From IMG/VR virus record IMGVR_UViG_3300021225_000468, positions 1 to 64,000 of that record: a stretch of DNA of 64,000 nucleotides; one strand, written 5' to 3'. A program made the position numbers and the translations under genes. Source of the stretch: a virus. The notes under the pieces are model-generated. The model was not told the origin of the DNA and ran no database searches. It was given only the letters and a program-made list of their open reading frames with translations. Below, piece by piece: positions 10,918 to 21,829 of this stretch (position 1 is its first letter; every line of letters starts with the position of its first letter).

Positions 10918-13900
10918 TATTCAACAGGTGTAAATGCATTTTTAGGGCCGAAATATTTTGTGAATATATCAAATGCCGTTTTTTCAGGTTTTATACCAAA
11001 ATAGAATAAAAATGGTGTTGATAAAACTTGTTTATTCCCACTGTAATTCTTTTGTGTTTGAAATAAAAATATTTCCTGTGAACCTGAAAGATATTGTTCT
11101 GTTTGTTTGACCCAAGTTTTATTTACAACCACATAAATATCACCTCTGATTGGGTCTTTTTTAAAATCTGTTCCTCCATATGTCAAAACATGTAACCAAA
11201 CATTACCTTCAATATATTCAAGAGCACCATTAGGTGATGTATCAGGTGGAGTTAAACTTATTACATCCATTCTTTCTAAAATATCCTCATAATTACCATC
11301 AATCATGTATGTCGGATGTGAAATAGTCATAGGTCTCAACAAATATTCTTCCTCACCATCTGCCATGATGTAATTTGTTGTTGTAGAATTATGACTTGAT
11401 ATTGAATAGATTCTTTGTAATTTCATAGACGCTATATTTGTCCTATCCCATTTTTGCAAATCGGAAATTGGTCCATATCCACCAAACCCATCATCTCTTT
11501 TATCCCATAAATAAAATGGAACGACTTGTGAAAAATCGCCTAATCTATTATTCAAACATCCTCTTACAAATGCACCGTTTTCATCAAATTTAAAATCTAT
11601 TGGTGTTGGGCCATAAAGTCCGTTTCGTTTGAAATATGAACCAAATTTAGGGTCTTCAGGGTCCATAAACTCATTATTGTAAATGAAGTATTGTGGACTA
11701 TCTAAATCAAATTCTTCAATACCCGCTTCACAATTTATTGACATCAATTGTAATAAATCACCATCTAACACCTTTATGTTCGACCCATACTGAGTACCAC
11801 TAAAAAATTCATCAATTTTTAATTTGGCATTAGATGCATCTAATCTATAGTTTAAAGCGTGTTCTACAATTAATGCAGGGTCTTGATATGATGTTTTGGA
11901 AATATCTCTTATGACTGAACATGATGAGTCAACCAATGGGTCTGCACATATTTCGTAAAAGAATTCATCTCTAACACCTAAGTCATAAAATGTAGTAGGA
12001 TGTAAAATTTGTTTTTGATATTGAGTTGATGATGGGACATTATATAATTGTTGTCCAATAAATTCACCAATACCATTTTGGTATTTATACGGAGTACATC
12101 TATAATAAAAATTATCATCAATGATATTATAGAATACCAATTCTCTTGGATATTTTGACCCCCCTTGGTTTAAATCATAGTTTGTTATATCATCCCACTT
12201 CAATTTCTTATCAAACTTAAAAAAGTATAAAACACCACTTAACCAATTATCAATAAATGAATAGTTTATTATTCCACCACAAAATGTGGTTGTAACTCTT
12301 TTTCGATTATACCATTCATTTATTGCTTTCAAATTGTTACTACCGCCAGTAATCACAGGTATTATAGTATAAACACCATCTCTAAATTCAGATAAACCTG
12401 ATTTTGTTTTTCGGTCATATGTTGTGTTACCTATTTTATTCCACGTAACTTTATATGGTAATCTACCTGCATTAGATTCACCAATAATAGTTGACAATAA
12501 TGTGTATCCTACAGGTTTAGTAGTAGATTCTTTAAACTCACTTGGATATGCTGGTGGATTTAAAGGATTCGTTGGACTTCCATAATTATTAGTCGTACCC
12601 CAAAGAAATGTCCTTATTGTGGATTCGTCAAATACTTTGTCATATTTTTGACATCCTTGTTCTACTGTTAATTCAAGAGGTTCACTTGAATCTTGTACTA
12701 ATTTAGACCTATCATGTATTCTTAATATTGCAAATGAATTTGTGTCATCAATAACTTCAGTTTCGTAATCTACACCTGTAAGTTCTCTCCATTCTTGATA
12801 TGTAAATTGAATATATTTACCTGTACCCAAACCTAAATTTGACATTAAACCATTTCCATTATCAACAATAAATTTAATATCAGTAGGTTCATTTCCATTA
12901 TTGAAAAAACTTACAAAATCATTAAAAACAATACTGTCACCACTTGAAGAAGAATAAACTAAAGCAAAATATTTTGAAGTATTAGAATCATTTGGAATCG
13001 TTAAGGTCATATTATGTAAGTTATCTAAATCAGAAATATTAATAGTTGATGTATTTACACACAAACCTTCGTTTGATTTAGATGACTCATTAGGAAATAA
13101 ATCAGGTAACAAAGTGGTTCCATTTAAATCACTACTACTAAAATTTGTAGAGTATTGCGATTGATTTATATATAATAAAACATATTTATTTCCTGATACA
13201 ACATAATTATTAACTTTTAATTTAATTTCAGCAACTCTACAATAGTTATTTTGAAATGTTACGTCTTGAGTTACATAATCATCATCATTTAAACATTCTT
13301 CACAATCAGGATATGTTGTCAATGATAATTGAACTGTAAATTTATCTTGTATTTTATATGATAAATCTTTCAATTGTTCCCCGAATTTTCTAAATGGTCT
13401 CCACCAAAAAAGTGCAGGATGTGGAATTCTAAAGTCATAGAAAAAATCAGATATTATATAAAAAAAACTTCCTAATATTTCACCAACTTTTATAAAAATT
13501 ATATTAACAACAAAAAGTAAAAAAAGAAGTATTTGAGATAATAATAAATTAAATTTGGTTCTATTTTTGAATGCAAAATTTGTAGGGAAATAATTAACTT
13601 TAGATGCACAATCTTCTTCCGTTGTTGGTCTAATCTGTTTCACACCTAAAAATGCATCTCTTCTTGCTGTTTCATAATGTGTTCCTTGAAAAGAAGATAC
13701 AGTATAAACTTTACCATAAGAAAATTTATAAAAATAATCTTCAGGTATACCATTATTATTAGTACCTAATATTAAATCTTTTCTATGATTTTTAACTGAG
13801 TTACTATAATTTGTAGTATCTAATGTTTCTCCAGATATTGGATGAAGAACAGTTAAATAATCTTCAAATACATCAGAGAATTGGTATGTCGCTAACATAC

Positions 13901-15119
13901 CCATACTATACTCCGCTCTATTGTGTGTTCCTCTAACAATATCAGGAGTAAATTCTCTTATATTTGGAACCAAATATTTTGCGGTTGCTTTCTTTCTATC
14001 TTGAAAATCTAATCCAATCCTAAATCTTGATATAGTAGTTGTTGGAACTCCTTTGTTTTTATCATTTGTTATCTCTTGTTCACCGAATTCATTGGTGTAC
14101 ACGTAATCCATATTCATAGGTATTACCGCCATCGCCACACCATCCTCATCAATAACTTCTGTGACGTTGTGATATTCTAACTCAGGATATACAGAAACAC
14201 CATCAGAACCTATAACTTTGTTTCCTGTAAATCGAACACATTCTATTGTACCTGAACTTGTTTGTAAGTTACATTTATAACCAGATTTTGCTCGTATTTT
14301 ACCATTTCGTTTAATTGAATCTGAATTATCATCAGTAAATGACGATACTAACATTAATGAAATAGGTTCTATCCTGATTCCCCTATCTGATAAATCAAAA
14401 TCCGCTCTTGTAATCCCTATTTCACACAAATCTTGGTTACCCCAAAAAGGAAATACCTCTATCGTCTTATCGAAACTAATTATTTGAGGTAAACCATCAA
14501 TGTCTGCACTTGATTTAAATTCATAATATCTTTCGAAATTAGATTCACCTATACCTTTTTTTATAAAATCATATGGTCTTAAAGAAAAACAACCTATGTC
14601 AGATAAATCAATATCAATATGTAATCTTTGTGTACCTATGGGAACACCCCATATCATAAAATCACCAGCATCATTAGTTTTAACTGTATAATTATAATAT
14701 TTTTCGTATACCTCTAAAACTTCTTCTCTATTTAGTACATCAGATTGACTCGGAAATGTTCCCGTAGGTTTATGTCCACCATGTTGTTTTTTTGATGGTA
14801 ATAAATTATATCTGAATCCGTTTTCATTTTTATCCCTTAATTCAACATAAGGATATAAAGATGAAATTACAGGGTCATCAGAATCATTCTCAGATAAAGG
14901 AACAAAAATCGAAACTTTCGCATTAGGAATGCCTAACCCATCATTTGCGGAAATTCTTCCAACAACAACTCCATAATCAGAACATAAAGTTGTATATACA
15001 TCTCTTTGAGTAAACTTTAAAGAGAGTATTTCAAGTAAATCAAAGTCCTGTTTTAATTCGACAATGACCTTTTGGTCTTTTCCAATATTAGTTGAAATTC
15101 TATGTTTTTGTACCATCAC
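10917..15119 (-). CDS. Large virion/baseplate protein with N-terminal carboxypeptidase-regulatory-like beta-sandwich and an internal hydrophobic segment
   Basis: GVVVGRISANDGLGIPNAKVSIFV...TVKTNDAGDFMIWGVPIG motif, hydrophobic stretch LLLSQILLFLLFVVNIIFIKVG, and position next to wedge genes. Confidence 0.6.
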   Translation of the reverse strand: MMVQKHRISTNIGKDQKVIVELKQDFDLLEILSLKFTQRDVYTTLCSDYGVVVGRISANDGLGIPNAKVSIFVPLSENDSDDPVISSLYPYVELRDKNENGFRYNLLPSKKQHGGHKPTGTFPSQSDVLNREEVLEVYEKYYNYTVKTNDAGDFMIWGVPIGTQRLHIDIDLSDIGCFSLRPYDFIKKGIGESNFERYYEFKSSADIDGLPQIISFDKTIEVFPFWGNQDLCEIGITRADFDLSDRGIRIEPISLMLVSSFTDDNSDSIKRNGKIRAKSGYKCNLQTSSGTIECVRFTGNKVIGSDGVSVYPELEYHNVTEVIDEDGVAMAVIPMNMDYVYTNEFGEQEITNDKNKGVPTTTISRFRIGLDFQDRKKATAKYLVPNIREFTPDIVRGTHNRAEYSMGMLATYQFSDVFEDYLTVLHPISGETLDTTNYSNSVKNHRKDLILGTNNNGIPEDYFYKFSYGKVYTVSSFQGTHYETARRDAFLGVKQIRPTTEEDCASKVNYFPTNFAFKNRTKFNLLLSQILLFLLFVVNIIFIKVGEILGSFFYIISDFFYDFRIPHPALFWWRPFRKFGEQLKDLSYKIQDKFTVQLSLTTYPDCEECLNDDDYVTQDVTFQNNYCRVAEIKLKVNNYVVSGNKYVLLYINQSQYSTNFSSSDLNGTTLLPDLFPNESSKSNEGLCVNTSTINISDLDNLHNMTLTIPNDSNTSKYFALVYSSSSGDSIVFNDFVSFFNNGNEPTDIKFIVDNGNGLMSNLGLGTGKYIQFTYQEWRELTGVDYETEVIDDTNSFAILRIHDRSKLVQDSSEPLELTVEQGCQKYDKVFDESTIRTFLWGTTNNYGSPTNPLNPPAYPSEFKESTTKPVGYTLLSTIIGESNAGRLPYKVTWNKIGNTTYDRKTKSGLSEFRDGVYTIIPVITGGSNNLKAINEWYNRKRVTTTFCGGIINYSFIDNWLSGVLYFFKFDKKLKWDDITNYDLNQGGSKYPRELVFYNIIDDNFYYRCTPYKYQNGIGEFIGQQLYNVPSSTQYQKQILHPTTFYDLGVRDEFFYEICADPLVDSSCSVIRDISKTSYQDPALIVEHALNYRLDASNAKLKIDEFFSGTQYGSNIKVLDGDLLQLMSINCEAGIEEFDLDSPQYFIYNNEFMDPEDPKFGSYFKRNGLYGPTPIDFKFDENGAFVRGCLNNRLGDFSQVVPFYLWDKRDDGFGGYGPISDLQKWDRTNIASMKLQRIYSISSHNSTTTNYIMADGEEEYLLRPMTISHPTYMIDGNYEDILERMDVISLTPPDTSPNGALEYIEGNVWLHVLTYGGTDFKKDPIRGDIYVVVNKTWVKQTEQYLSGSQEIFLFQTQKNYSGNKQVLSTPFLFYFGIKPEKTAFDIFTKYFGPKNAFTPVE

Positions 15120-15170
15120 TATAATAAATAGAAAAAATACTATTTTCTATTATTATAATTAAAAAACAAT

Positions 15171-17003
15171 TTAAAATGAAGTCGTTCCTAATGTCTTGAC
15201 CCTAATTTTAATGTCTTTATTCGGAAATCTAATTTGATAAATTTGATTTGACATCATATAAATAGTCATATCAGATTGTTGTATTTCTTTAGTCGTACTA
15301 TCTTTATACGGTTGAGATACTTCAGAACTTGAATATTCTCCCCCTATCATATTAAACACTCTAACATCAACAACATTGACTACTCCTGAAATATTTCCAA
15401 TTAATCTAATTAAATCACCTACAAATAATGGGTCTCCCATTTTTCTTTTATCGATAGAAAAATATGTGGTAGTCTCATTAATCACAGATTTTAAAACATC
15501 TGTTTGTGAAACATTTTTATCAAGTACCAAATCGTATTCTAATTTCAAATCTATAACCTCACCGTTATCTAAATCAACATAATCATTAATCATTCTGTAT
15601 TCTGACAAATAATTGATGATGTTGTTTTTAAGTGTATTTGAAACGACATCCGTCAAATTACCTCTATCATCATAAGATAATATTTTAACCACTACTTTAT
15701 TATCTATTTCAACTACGTTCACTTTTGCAGGTGCACCAAATGTTGACGGCATGTTTTCAATTAATGATTTATAATCATTTAAAGTGACTGCTCTATTTTG
15801 TGCTGCGAAATTATAACCAACCATATTTCGAATTTCTTCTATTGTAGGTTGGTCTGCACCACCAATCGCAGGAGTAACATTTGTTACACGTAAAGATTGT
15901 GCAACTTGAGTGTTAATCGTACTGTTTGGACCTAAAACATTAAATTCTACGTCATCAACACTTTGAATTACATTAACCCCTAAATTAGTGTCTTTACCCC
16001 CACCAATTCTATATCTAATAAAAAGAGTTGTGTTTGGTCTTGGTATCATTCCTAAAGACATATTATTTAAAAAAGTACCAATGTTGACTTTCATATTATT
16101 AGTAATATAATTGTCTAAATTATCTAATGGGTCTACATTACCTGAACCAAACGTCATTGAAAAATAACCTTCGGGTGTGTACTCTGTAATAAATTTATTT
16201 ACAACGGGTACATATGTCCCTGGTAAAAAATTGTTTCTATCTGATACTGTGGTTGAGTCGGGTACAAATACCTTATCTTCAATTAAACTTTTTACTTCGT
16301 ACCACTTATTTACATTCGAATCAAATTCTGATGAACTTGGGTTTGCGCCAAATGATGTTCCTTCTTTGTGTATAACGGATGTAATCCCTAAAACATTCTG
16401 TTCAGGTAAATATATTTTTAAAAATGGTTTTTGGTCAACATCTGTAATAACTCTTCTGAAAATTCTTGTAACACCATTAACAACCGCTTCTCTTTTTGTT
16501 ATCGTATAAGAAATTAATTTATTATTACCATCAAAATTAGGTATTTTCAATCTATTAGGTTCACCTCTACTATTGAATGGATTTGAAAAATCAATATCTT
16601 CTATAGTTTCAAATATCTGTCCTCCACCTGAAACTTGTGCGCCACCTTTTAAAATACCCAAGTATCTTTCATCTTCTTTATCCCCTCTTACAGGTACATT
16701 TATTGAAAAATCACATAGAGCAACAGATGGTCTATTACCAGGAATTCTTAATCCATATGTTTTTGCAATATGAAACAAAGATTGTCTTTGTTGTGCAAAG
16801 TCTAACATTGTTTCTTGCCATACTCTATCTATATGAAAATGTAAATTATCTGAAACTGCTGCATTTAAATCCAATAAAACTGAAAATATTGATGCGTCAT
16901 TAGTATTTTTTACTAAATCAGGGTAATATAATTTTGTTAGATTGACAAGTTCTTGTCTTAGACTCGCGAAATCTCTAACTGCGTATGATATTTTTTTTGC
17001 CAT
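15171..17003 (-). CDS. Baseplate wedge subunit (T4 gp6 / baseplate J-like)
   Basis: RDFASLRQEL N-terminus, AIGGADQPTIEEIR...FAAQNRAVTLNDY signature, adjacent to a gp25-like gene. Confidence 0.9.
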   Translation of the reverse strand: MAKKISYAVRDFASLRQELVNLTKLYYPDLVKNTNDASIFSVLLDLNAAVSDNLHFHIDRVWQETMLDFAQQRQSLFHIAKTYGLRIPGNRPSVALCDFSINVPVRGDKEDERYLGILKGGAQVSGGGQIFETIEDIDFSNPFNSRGEPNRLKIPNFDGNNKLISYTITKREAVVNGVTRIFRRVITDVDQKPFLKIYLPEQNVLGITSVIHKEGTSFGANPSSSEFDSNVNKWYEVKSLIEDKVFVPDSTTVSDRNNFLPGTYVPVVNKFITEYTPEGYFSMTFGSGNVDPLDNLDNYITNNMKVNIGTFLNNMSLGMIPRPNTTLFIRYRIGGGKDTNLGVNVIQSVDDVEFNVLGPNSTINTQVAQSLRVTNVTPAIGGADQPTIEEIRNMVGYNFAAQNRAVTLNDYKSLIENMPSTFGAPAKVNVVEIDNKVVVKILSYDDRGNLTDVVSNTLKNNIINYLSEYRMINDYVDLDNGEVIDLKLEYDLVLDKNVSQTDVLKSVINETTTYFSIDKRKMGDPLFVGDLIRLIGNISGVVNVVDVRVFNMIGGEYSSSEVSQPYKDSTTKEIQQSDMTIYMMSNQIYQIRFPNKDIKIRVKTLGTTSF

Positions 17004-17004
17004 T

Positions 17005-17454
17005 TTATATGTTTATAATTATAAAGTCAGATGATGAAAATGCACCATTATTTACAGTATAATCAATTTTTACTTTTGCGGTGTATGGTTTTGTTGATAA
17101 ATCTGAAACCCTAAATAATCTGTTATCTTCATCTTCAGATATACTTGATGGTTCTGAAGTATCATCTTCAGCATTTATTACTGTTATTGAATTTATGTCT
17201 AAATTAGGTATGTACTTTTTTATTGATTCTCTTATTTCTTCTTCTATCAAACTCCAAGAAATGATGTCATTTTGGTCAAAAATAAATTCATATATTCTTG
17301 TACCAAAATCGGGCAAATAATATCTCGTACCTTTTCTTGTTAATAAAAGATGAATCAAATTTGCTCTAACCTCTTTTTCAGGGGTATCTGTCATTCTTAA
17401 AAAAGTACCTTTATCACTGTCCCTAAATGGGAAATCAATACCATATGTAGCCAT
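17005..17454 (-). CDS. Baseplate wedge / sheath initiator (T4 gp25 / gpW-like)
   Basis: GIDFPF...NLIHLLLTRKGTRYYLPDFGTRIYEFIFD signature. Confidence 0.92.
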   Translation of the reverse strand: MATYGIDFPFRDSDKGTFLRMTDTPEKEVRANLIHLLLTRKGTRYYLPDFGTRIYEFIFDQNDIISWSLIEEEIRESIKKYIPNLDINSITVINAEDDTSEPSSISEDEDNRLFRVSDLSTKPYTAKVKIDYTVNNGAFSSSDFIIINI

Positions 17455-17492
17455 ATCAAATAAATATAATGAATGAGAAAATGGTAATAAAT

Positions 17493-17518
17493 AAAAAACT
17501 CGGATTATTCATCCGAGT
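17493..17518 (-). terminator. Intrinsic terminator
   Basis: ACTCGGAT-N5-ATCCGAGT stem followed by a U run on the minus strand, at the end of the replication block. Confidence 0.75.
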
Positions 17519-17699
17519 CTTTTTCTCTTTCTTTGATTTTGGTTGTTCCTTTTATTCCTTTCGGGTCATAAGGACAATGTCTACATCCACTTTTTGCCGA
17601 ACCACAACAATAACCTCTTTGTTTATGATATAACTCTGTGAATACGACCTTATTACCATCTAAATAATAATGAACACCTTCAACAAATGTTTTACTCAT
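17505..17699 (-). CDS. Small Cys-rich, probably metal-binding protein (DUF5522-like)
   Basis: YYLDGNKVVFTELYHKQRGYCCG...GCRHCPY pattern. Confidence 0.75.
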   Translation of the reverse strand: MSKTFVEGVHYYLDGNKVVFTELYHKQRGYCCGSAKSGCRHCPYDPKGIKGTTKIKEREKDSDE

Positions 17700-17714
17700 A
17701 CCATATAAATATGG

Positions 17715-19973
17715 TTAAATTCGAACTATCTCGCAACTGCCCCCTGCACAGCTCATTGCACCATAATCAGAGATATCTTTGAACTGTGGTTTATCAAGAA
17801 TTTCTCCGAAATCTACTTCTTTGAATTGACGAGTAATTGTTTCCCATTTGTGGAACAAGTGAATGTCTTTCAAACAATATACCATTCTTCTGATATCTCC
17901 TTTATAATAATTCTTTGCAAACTTCTTTGCTCTGTCCAACCAATACTTCTTGAGTAACACTTGCTCCCTCGTACCTGTTACAGGTAATCCCTCTATTAAT
18001 GTGTCACATGCCAACCAAAGGTTGTTATCAAAGTAATGAAGACCGTCTACAACCAATCCTGACGCTAATACAGACCCTTTACCATATTCACTGACAAGTT
18101 CCTCAAGATTCAATACTGAGGTGAATGGTGCTTGGTTAAAATCCTTGTCACCATAGTCAGACATAAATGATACTGCTGTGAAATCTTCCTTATTATCCCA
18201 AATGTAATCTACGATTGCATCTTTATCATCTATGATAACTGTACAACTTGTGTTATGATTGATTGGATTATAAACACATCTTTCAGGATTAGTTCCTGCG
18301 TTGACCCAATTCTGTTGTACAAGTTTAATCAATTCAAGATGTTTGATACCTTTCATGTCCTTTTTGAATAATCCTTTCTTTGGATTCTCAACAGGAACAA
18401 ATACCACATAATCACTCTTGGTTGTTGACCAAACACTTTCTTCAAGCAAGAATGGCATATTTTCTGTCAACCATTTTGCTGTGTTACTTTCTTTGTTCAA
18501 TTGCATGATTCTGAAATATTTCTCAGAATGTTCAGGGTGAATACCTGATGCAGTACCCAATACTACAGATGCATTACCTGATGGTTTAACACATGTTGTT
18601 CTTGCTGCTTGGTTAATTTCAATAATATCTGCAACTTCCTTATTTACTCTCTTAACTATTTCTGCACCCTCTTTCAACAAGTCAGCATCGAAGAGTGATG
18701 GGTTATTCATCCAACCTGTAATGCTAACACCTAACAATGCCTCTCTTTCAAAAATCTTTTGACTTACTTCACCCAAATATGGGAAGTTAGTGTAACCTGC
18801 TTGTAATGTACCAAGAACAGCAGCATCCTTACATGCCTTGAAGAACTTTTCTTTTGTTGTACATTTTTCAGCATTAATCTCATTTAAGTTACACCCTTGA
18901 ATACCAAACTTATGTTTATTGTTACGTACATAATGTTCGATATCGTCATAATGTATCTTTGAAAAATCAATACTATCAAGGATTGGTAATTTTGCAATTT
19001 CAAAACATGGATTGAACATATCAAACCAACTGTTCGCAAATACAAAACCAATATCATTTGCACCATCGTTCAATTTAACCAAATAGTCGAATTGCTCTTT
19101 GGTAACTTCACTTCTAAGTAATATAACTGAGTTATTACTTCTCGCTCTATGTGGATTGTCAACTCTCCAATTACCTGTCTTTGCATGAATCATTTCATCG
19201 TCATTAGGGTCAACAATCATATTAAGTGCTGACCTTCTAACTCCACCTGACAATACTGCGTCAGATGCATGACAGATAATATCAAATGCAAGGATTGGTC
19301 TAATCTTATTTCCTTCTTTCTCAATCCATTTTTCAAGGAGTTGTTCAATCTTTTCTAATGATTGCTTCAAACCTTCGTGACCTGGTGCTTTGAAACCACC
19401 ACTAATGTATGTTCCTTTTTCTCTGATTTGAGAATAATCAAATTTGACTTCATATCCTGCATATTCAGGAAATGGTTGTTCATCAACGAAATAAGATGAC
19501 AAAAGAACACCAAGAGAATCTGCCCATCCTTCAATAGAATCAGGAATAACATATGTTTTTGTTCCTTTAGACCTTTTTTGGATTCTACTCAAGTTGTTTA
19601 CAAATGGAATCAAGAGTCCACCACCAACACCACATCCTGATAAACCAAGGTAAAAGATTTCTTGAAACACTCTATTTCTTGCGATGTGTGTACTGGTACA
19701 GTTGAACATCTTTGTATTGTGCTTCATGATTTCATTGTACCTGTATTGAAGGTTCCTTTGTGATGCCAATACTACTTGGTCTTTCATACTTTCAACCACA
19801 GATTGAAGGTATGGTTCTAATGTGTCATTATAATTGGAATATTTTTTCCTGTGTCCATTTACAATGTCTTCACATGCCTCTTCCCAATTTTCATACCTAC
19901 CTAATTCTTCTTTCCACTTGAAATAATCAGAATACAATTTCAAGTCACTCAAAAACTTTTTTCCTTTTTGCAT
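17715..19973 (-). CDS. nrdJ: Class II (adenosylcobalamin-dependent) ribonucleotide reductase
   Basis: FNC, GGVRRSA, NPCFEI (radical Cys), GCNLNEIN, TTCVKPSGNAS and C-terminal CAGGSCEI motifs. There is no adjacent small subunit. Confidence 0.88.
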   Translation of the reverse strand: MQKGKKFLSDLKLYSDYFKWKEELGRYENWEEACEDIVNGHRKKYSNYNDTLEPYLQSVVESMKDQVVLASQRNLQYRYNEIMKHNTKMFNCTSTHIARNRVFQEIFYLGLSGCGVGGGLLIPFVNNLSRIQKRSKGTKTYVIPDSIEGWADSLGVLLSSYFVDEQPFPEYAGYEVKFDYSQIREKGTYISGGFKAPGHEGLKQSLEKIEQLLEKWIEKEGNKIRPILAFDIICHASDAVLSGGVRRSALNMIVDPNDDEMIHAKTGNWRVDNPHRARSNNSVILLRSEVTKEQFDYLVKLNDGANDIGFVFANSWFDMFNPCFEIAKLPILDSIDFSKIHYDDIEHYVRNNKHKFGIQGCNLNEINAEKCTTKEKFFKACKDAAVLGTLQAGYTNFPYLGEVSQKIFEREALLGVSITGWMNNPSLFDADLLKEGAEIVKRVNKEVADIIEINQAARTTCVKPSGNASVVLGTASGIHPEHSEKYFRIMQLNKESNTAKWLTENMPFLLEESVWSTTKSDYVVFVPVENPKKGLFKKDMKGIKHLELIKLVQQNWVNAGTNPERCVYNPINHNTSCTVIIDDKDAIVDYIWDNKEDFTAVSFMSDYGDKDFNQAPFTSVLNLEELVSEYGKGSVLASGLVVDGLHYFDNNLWLACDTLIEGLPVTGTREQVLLKKYWLDRAKKFAKNYYKGDIRRMVYCLKDIHLFHKWETITRQFKEVDFGEILDKPQFKDISDYGAMSCAGGSCEIVRI

Positions 19974-19988
19974 AACTTAATGTTTATT

Positions 19989-21365
19989 TTAATTTTTATT
20001 TGTCATTTCTTGTCTTTTCAAAAAAGCAGCTTTAGCTCTTTCTTGTCTGTCTTGAACTTTTTGTTCTTCAACACCTAACAAAGTATTTTGTGATTCAGTA
20101 TCAATAATTATCAACTCATTATTAAATCTACAATTTTCAAATACGATTCCATCTTTACCTATTCTTGATTTCAATAATGCAATTGTCGCCAAATTGTGTT
20201 CTTTCTGCTCTAATGTCTTAGCAATTGACACTATCACATGTGCAATCTGAGCCTTTTTAATTGAACCACCCATTTGGTCAGTATTCACAACATCAGAAGA
20301 TATTGAATCTCTACCACCTTGTGTTGCTGTCCAAATTGCAATATCGAATTCATTCGCCATTGCATCAAGTCTCCTCATGATTGAACCTTCACCTTTCCAT
20401 TCATCACCATTATTTGATTTTTCAGGTTGGATACAATCGACATAATCAATAACTAACAAATCAATTTTAAAACCATCTGCAATATTTTTTCTAACTATAG
20501 ATTTAATTTGTGATATTGTTACTTCACTACTTGCTAACTTCAAAAGTTTTAATCTACCTTTTGATTTATTTTTGATTGATTGAACTGTTTCAATAACTTC
20601 TTTCTTATTGTCAGGTTGGTCATCTGATGGTATACCTGTCCAAATAGTATAATGTTTTCTTTTGATATCTCCTAAGTTATCCTCAAAAAATATTTGAAGG
20701 ACATTATAATCTAAGTTATATGCTGTGTTAGATATTTTAGTCAAAACAGTACTTTTACCAACACCAGTTGGTGCCAATACTACTGCTAATTCACCTCTAC
20801 CTAAACCACCTTTTAATAGATTATCTATTCCAACAATACCTGTAGGAATTGGATGACGATAATTTTTTTCTAACGCATCTTCTAAATTATCAAATACATC
20901 TGAAGGTTCATTATCGTCAACACCGACTTGTAGAGCATTAACAATTAGATTTTCAATCTCATCATATTTTTCGAATTCACCCCCTTCAATTATTTTATCA
21001 ACACTTTTTAATACTTTTTTCAAGTTCTGTTGACGGCAAAAGTTAAGTGCTGTCTCTTGAACGTAATCAGTATTATGTTCTGAGTTTTTTAAAATTTCTA
21101 AGGTATCTAAATGAATCGCACAAGATGAATTGTTTCCATTCTCATTTAAAATCTTTTGTGATAATGTAACATAATCAGGAACCCTTTCAAACTTATCATA
21201 AAACTCTTTTATGTTTTCCATGATAAATTTAAAAGATGAATTCTCAAAGAATTTACTTTCAATAATATCTATAATCCTTTCTGCATATTTTTTATCTTCA
21301 ATGATTGTTTTAATCAATTTTTGTTGAAAGTCAAATCCCAAGTATCCAAAGTTCTTTTCTGCCAT
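19989..21365 (-). CDS. Replicative DNA helicase (DnaB / T4 gp41-like)
   Basis: IPTGIVGIDNLLKGGLGRGEL, Walker A APTGVGKS, LLVIDYVD, IWTATQ, LLKSRIG. Confidence 0.93.
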   Translation of the reverse strand: MAEKNFGYLGFDFQQKLIKTIIEDKKYAERIIDIIESKFFENSSFKFIMENIKEFYDKFERVPDYVTLSQKILNENGNNSSCAIHLDTLEILKNSEHNTDYVQETALNFCRQQNLKKVLKSVDKIIEGGEFEKYDEIENLIVNALQVGVDDNEPSDVFDNLEDALEKNYRHPIPTGIVGIDNLLKGGLGRGELAVVLAPTGVGKSTVLTKISNTAYNLDYNVLQIFFEDNLGDIKRKHYTIWTGIPSDDQPDNKKEVIETVQSIKNKSKGRLKLLKLASSEVTISQIKSIVRKNIADGFKIDLLVIDYVDCIQPEKSNNGDEWKGEGSIMRRLDAMANEFDIAIWTATQGGRDSISSDVVNTDQMGGSIKKAQIAHVIVSIAKTLEQKEHNLATIALLKSRIGKDGIVFENCRFNNELIIIDTESQNTLLGVEEQKVQDRQERAKAAFLKRQEMTNKN

Positions 21366-21376
21366 ATGTCTAATTA

Positions 21377-21817
21377 TTAAAGTTCGTATTGTAAATAAGT
21401 TGTCTCCAATTCTGTAGATGACAATATATCTGTCAAGTCTGACAAAATTGTTTTTAACCTATTGCGAATATCCACCGTGTATCTTATTTTCGGATGATAA
21501 TAAAACGCGGGGAATATTCTTTGAATAAATACATTATCATCTAACTTAATTTCTAATAAAAAATATTCTTTTTTGTCATCATTCAATTCTTCCACATTCT
21601 CAGAATTTAAGAAAAAATTTTGATTTTCACATAAATAATCAGAACTTTTTATTTTCAAATCTTCTGAAATTGTGTCACAAATATTTTTCACGTAGTAATG
21701 CAAATCCAAAGATTTACGTGATTTTGGATTATGATTTTTAACATTGAAAAATCTTTGACAAATGATGTTCCCATCCAAACTAAGGAGAAATTCAAATTTT
21801 GTTAATTCTTGTTGCAT
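21377..21817 (-). CDS. Hypothetical protein in the replication operon
   Basis: 146-aa ORF tightly packed between the exonuclease and helicase genes. Confidence 0.7.
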   Translation of the reverse strand: MQQELTKFEFLLSLDGNIICQRFFNVKNHNPKSRKSLDLHYYVKNICDTISEDLKIKSSDYLCENQNFFLNSENVEELNDDKKEYFLLEIKLDDNVFIQRIFPAFYYHPKIRYTVDIRNRLKTILSDLTDILSSTELETTYLQYEL

Positions 21818-21829
21818 AGTTTTTAAATT

